Shown: piece after piece, positions 61,874 through 64,000 of the stretch
Position numbering within the stretch: position 1 is the first letter of the stretch
Layout: each line of letters begins with the position of its first letter
Assembly (NCBI GenBank): GCA_903908245.1
Contig: CAIVRE010000002.1
Location: 90,761-154,760 of the forward strand
Direction: 5' to 3'
Origin: Candidatus Omnitrophota bacterium
GTDB taxonomy: Bacteria > Omnitrophota > Gorgyraeia > Zapsychrales > Fredricksoniimonadaceae
DNA length: 64,000 nt
The notes under the pieces: generated by a model
Database searches by the model: none
What the model was told of the DNA's origin: nothing
What the model saw: the letters and a program-made list of their open reading frames with translations, nothing else
Position numbers and translations under genes: made by a program

Positions 61874-62578
61874 TCAATGCCAAACAAAGAGCTCCCGAAG
61901 GATCTCCCAATAAAATGATGCGCCCCAACGAAGGATCTGAAGCTTCCTGACGCCTCCAACGCGTGCCGGTTCATCGCCAGGAACTTCGGCTATCTTGAGT
62001 CTTCTCTTTGCGGCCCGTATCGACATCAACGGCTCCCAACTGACATCGGTATTAAAGATCTTCTCTTCAAACGCATAACTCTCATCTTTATCAAGGTCCA
62101 ATTCCGTAACAAGATCTTTCCGATAAATACGGTAAATAACCATGGCGTCTGTATAACGGGCACGATGGAAAAAGTTTATGGAATTAGTAAAAAGCCAGTT
62201 GCCAAAACCGGTAACAGCATCATCATCATAACTTTTTGCACCCGGAGCATAACGAGAAACGATCACCATGTCATAGCCCTCATTAAACTTCTTAATACAT
62301 GGCTCCAAACATTCGATTAAAGAATTGCCATCGGGACTAAAAGTCAGAACTGCGTCCCCCGTAACATGGGGCCATGCATCAAGATAAGCTCCACGTACAC
62401 CAGGCCGTTCCTGGATAACAACTTCAAAACCCATTTCACGCGCGATCTCCACCGTGCGGTCGCTGGATTTCCCGTCGACCACCAGGATCTGATGAAAAAG
62501 GCTCCGGTCGACCTTGGGCATGATCTCGCGCATGCCGACTTCTTCATTCAATGTTGGGATAAGCAGAGTAACCTTCAT
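61874..62578 (-). CDS. GT2 glycosyltransferase, polyprenol-phosphate sugar synthase-like
   Basis: IPTLNEE, VDGKSSDRT, FSPDGN, DMVIVSRY, EVPGDEPAR. Confidence 0.85.
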   Translation of the reverse strand: MKVTLLIPTLNEEVGMREIMPKVDRSLFHQILVVDGKSSDRTVEIAREMGFEVVIQERPGVRGAYLDAWPHVTGDAVLTFSPDGNSLIECLEPCIKKFNEGYDMVIVSRYAPGAKSYDDDAVTGFGNWLFTNSINFFHRARYTDAMVIYRIYRKDLVTELDLDKDESYAFEEKIFNTDVSWEPLMSIRAAKRRLKIAEVPGDEPARVGGVRKLQILRWGASFYWEILRELFVWH

Positions 62579-62590
62579 AAATTCCTTTCT

Positions 62591-63688
62591 TTATCTTAGA
62601 TTAAACAGATGTAAATATTTCCAGATCCGGGGGATCGCCAAGGCTATCAGCAGCAACAAAAAGATCCTTTGGATCACCCATGACCGGCTTGATTCCATAA
62701 GCCGTACCAAAACAAACGTTGACACAATGATCCCGACAGGAGCAAGAAAAATAAAATGCCGGCCATCCATAAGATAGCCCGCGCCGGGCCCTGCTTTTAT
62801 CTTAAAAATAAGCAACATCATCATAGCGGCCATCAACATCATCCCGGGATAAAATACAGCCCCCAATCGACAAGCCTCCTTGCGCCAAAGATAAATACCT
62901 GCCGCTCCAACCAATAACAACCGCTCGATCGGAAAATTGGCTGTAATCAACTTCCACGGAGCATCAGGAAAAGTAACAGGGAATTTGGGTGTCTGATTAT
63001 AATAATAGAAACAAATAAAAACCGGGATCATTGCCATCATTACAAGATCCCTCTTCTTCCCGTACCCAAAAAGAAGAAACAACCCGGAAACCCACACGAT
63101 CTGAACAATGCTTCCTGGGGCGGCAAATGCCAACAGGATATGCGTAAGGATCAGTCCGCGAAGACTTCTCGATCTTTGTGAAGAATCCTGACAAGACAGT
63201 ACAAGAAAGGATTGAACCGTCGTCAGAAGAAATAATAACGAATACGGCCGCGCTTCAGCCCAAAAAGACCAGACCATGAACGTCGACATTGTCATCAGCC
63301 AGGCACACAGCCCTGCCCATAACGCCACATTGATCGAAAAATAATAAAAGATCAACGCGATGGCCAATGACATCCAAACCACAGGGCTGATCCGCAGGAT
63401 CAACTGCGCTTTCTGATCCACATATGTCCCGGAAGCCACCACCCCCTTCGGGATCTCATAGCCAAAAACCTGGCCTGCGAACTTCTGGACCAAATAATAA
63501 AAAGGGCCATTATTCCCTTCGCTCACCCGCCCTTCGATAAGATCAAGATAACCATGCCCTCCAATAGTCGATACTTGTGAATATACTTCGTCATTCCATA
63601 AGGATTTATTTCGGGCCAAAGACAATCCAACCCAACAAGAAAACAAGAAAACCAACATCGCAAGAAAGAGATATAACTGTTTCATCAT
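62591..63688 (-). CDS. Membrane GT-C (PMT/ArnT-like) glycosyltransferase
   Basis: SLWNDEVY, LRISP, EARPYS, multi-TM; RBS GGGAGGG before ATG 63688/63685. Confidence 0.7.
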   Translation of the reverse strand: MMKQLYLFLAMLVFLFSCWVGLSLARNKSLWNDEVYSQVSTIGGHGYLDLIEGRVSEGNNGPFYYLVQKFAGQVFGYEIPKGVVASGTYVDQKAQLILRISPVVWMSLAIALIFYYFSINVALWAGLCAWLMTMSTFMVWSFWAEARPYSLLFLLTTVQSFLVLSCQDSSQRSRSLRGLILTHILLAFAAPGSIVQIVWVSGLFLLFGYGKKRDLVMMAMIPVFICFYYYNQTPKFPVTFPDAPWKLITANFPIERLLLVGAAGIYLWRKEACRLGAVFYPGMMLMAAMMMLLIFKIKAGPGAGYLMDGRHFIFLAPVGIIVSTFVLVRLMESSRSWVIQRIFLLLLIALAIPRIWKYLHLFNLR

Positions 63689-63737
63689 GCCCTCCCAAAT
63701 AACGCAACCGTTAATGCGATCCGGATCAAAAGCATAG

Positions 63738-64000
63738 CTACCCATCAAGATTTATAACTTTTCCATCTAACCCGTAAACAGTACAACTAAAACCTTTTTC
63801 CCATAAGAAACCACTATTAAAAATATCCATATTATTAGAAAGGACATCTTGAACGGGATGATGATCTTTGGAGAAATAGGCATCTTTCCAATAATTACTC
63901 TTTATTCCCTCAAGCTGCCTTGGCGAATACTCGAAAAAAACAATACGACCAGCGATCACCACACAAAACCACCGATGCATGCCTTTAGCCCAGGAAAATA
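63738..64000 (-). CDS. 3' end of a hypothetical protein (partial, starts beyond the window)
   Basis: Frame is open from the window end (YFSWAKGMHRWF...) to the stop at 63738. Confidence 0.55.
   Translation of the reverse strand, partial: FSWAKGMHRWFCVVIAGRIVFFEYSPRQLEGIKSNYWKDAYFSKDHHPVQDVLSNNMDIFNSGFLWEKGFSCTVYGLDGKVINLDG

Overview
Bacterial chromosomal window in which every credible gene lies on the minus strand. Gene content and order suggest a PVC-group organism such as Ca. Omnitrophota, but this is inference only. In transcription order (right to left) it holds: (i) a ~36 kb surface-glycan locus (27.6-64 kb) with GT2, GT4 and multi-pass GT-C-like transferases, methyl- and acyltransferases, two O-antigen-ligase-family proteins, a WecG/TagA-type and a WcaJ-like transferase, gmd and fcl, interrupted by three divergent AAA-ATPase/PD-(D/E)xK (AAA_14+DUF4143-type) genes that each have a candidate promoter, two with phased tandem repeats; (ii) a pgk-tpiA-secG-oppABCDF-like-membrane/TPR protein-glgC-fabV run; (iii) an Xis/BldC-like HTH gene co-transcribed with an smc whose hinge appears strongly reduced; (iv) a ~220 nt GC-rich structured repeat island; (v) a YtrA/GntR-ABC transporter operon that also encodes a small membrane protein, an exosortase and an MSEP-CTERM-like VIT-domain substrate with a non-canonical sorting motif; (vi) cvpA-dnaG-rpoD. 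I found no rRNA, tRNA, CRISPR array or intact transposase. All calls come from reading motifs by eye; no searches were run.
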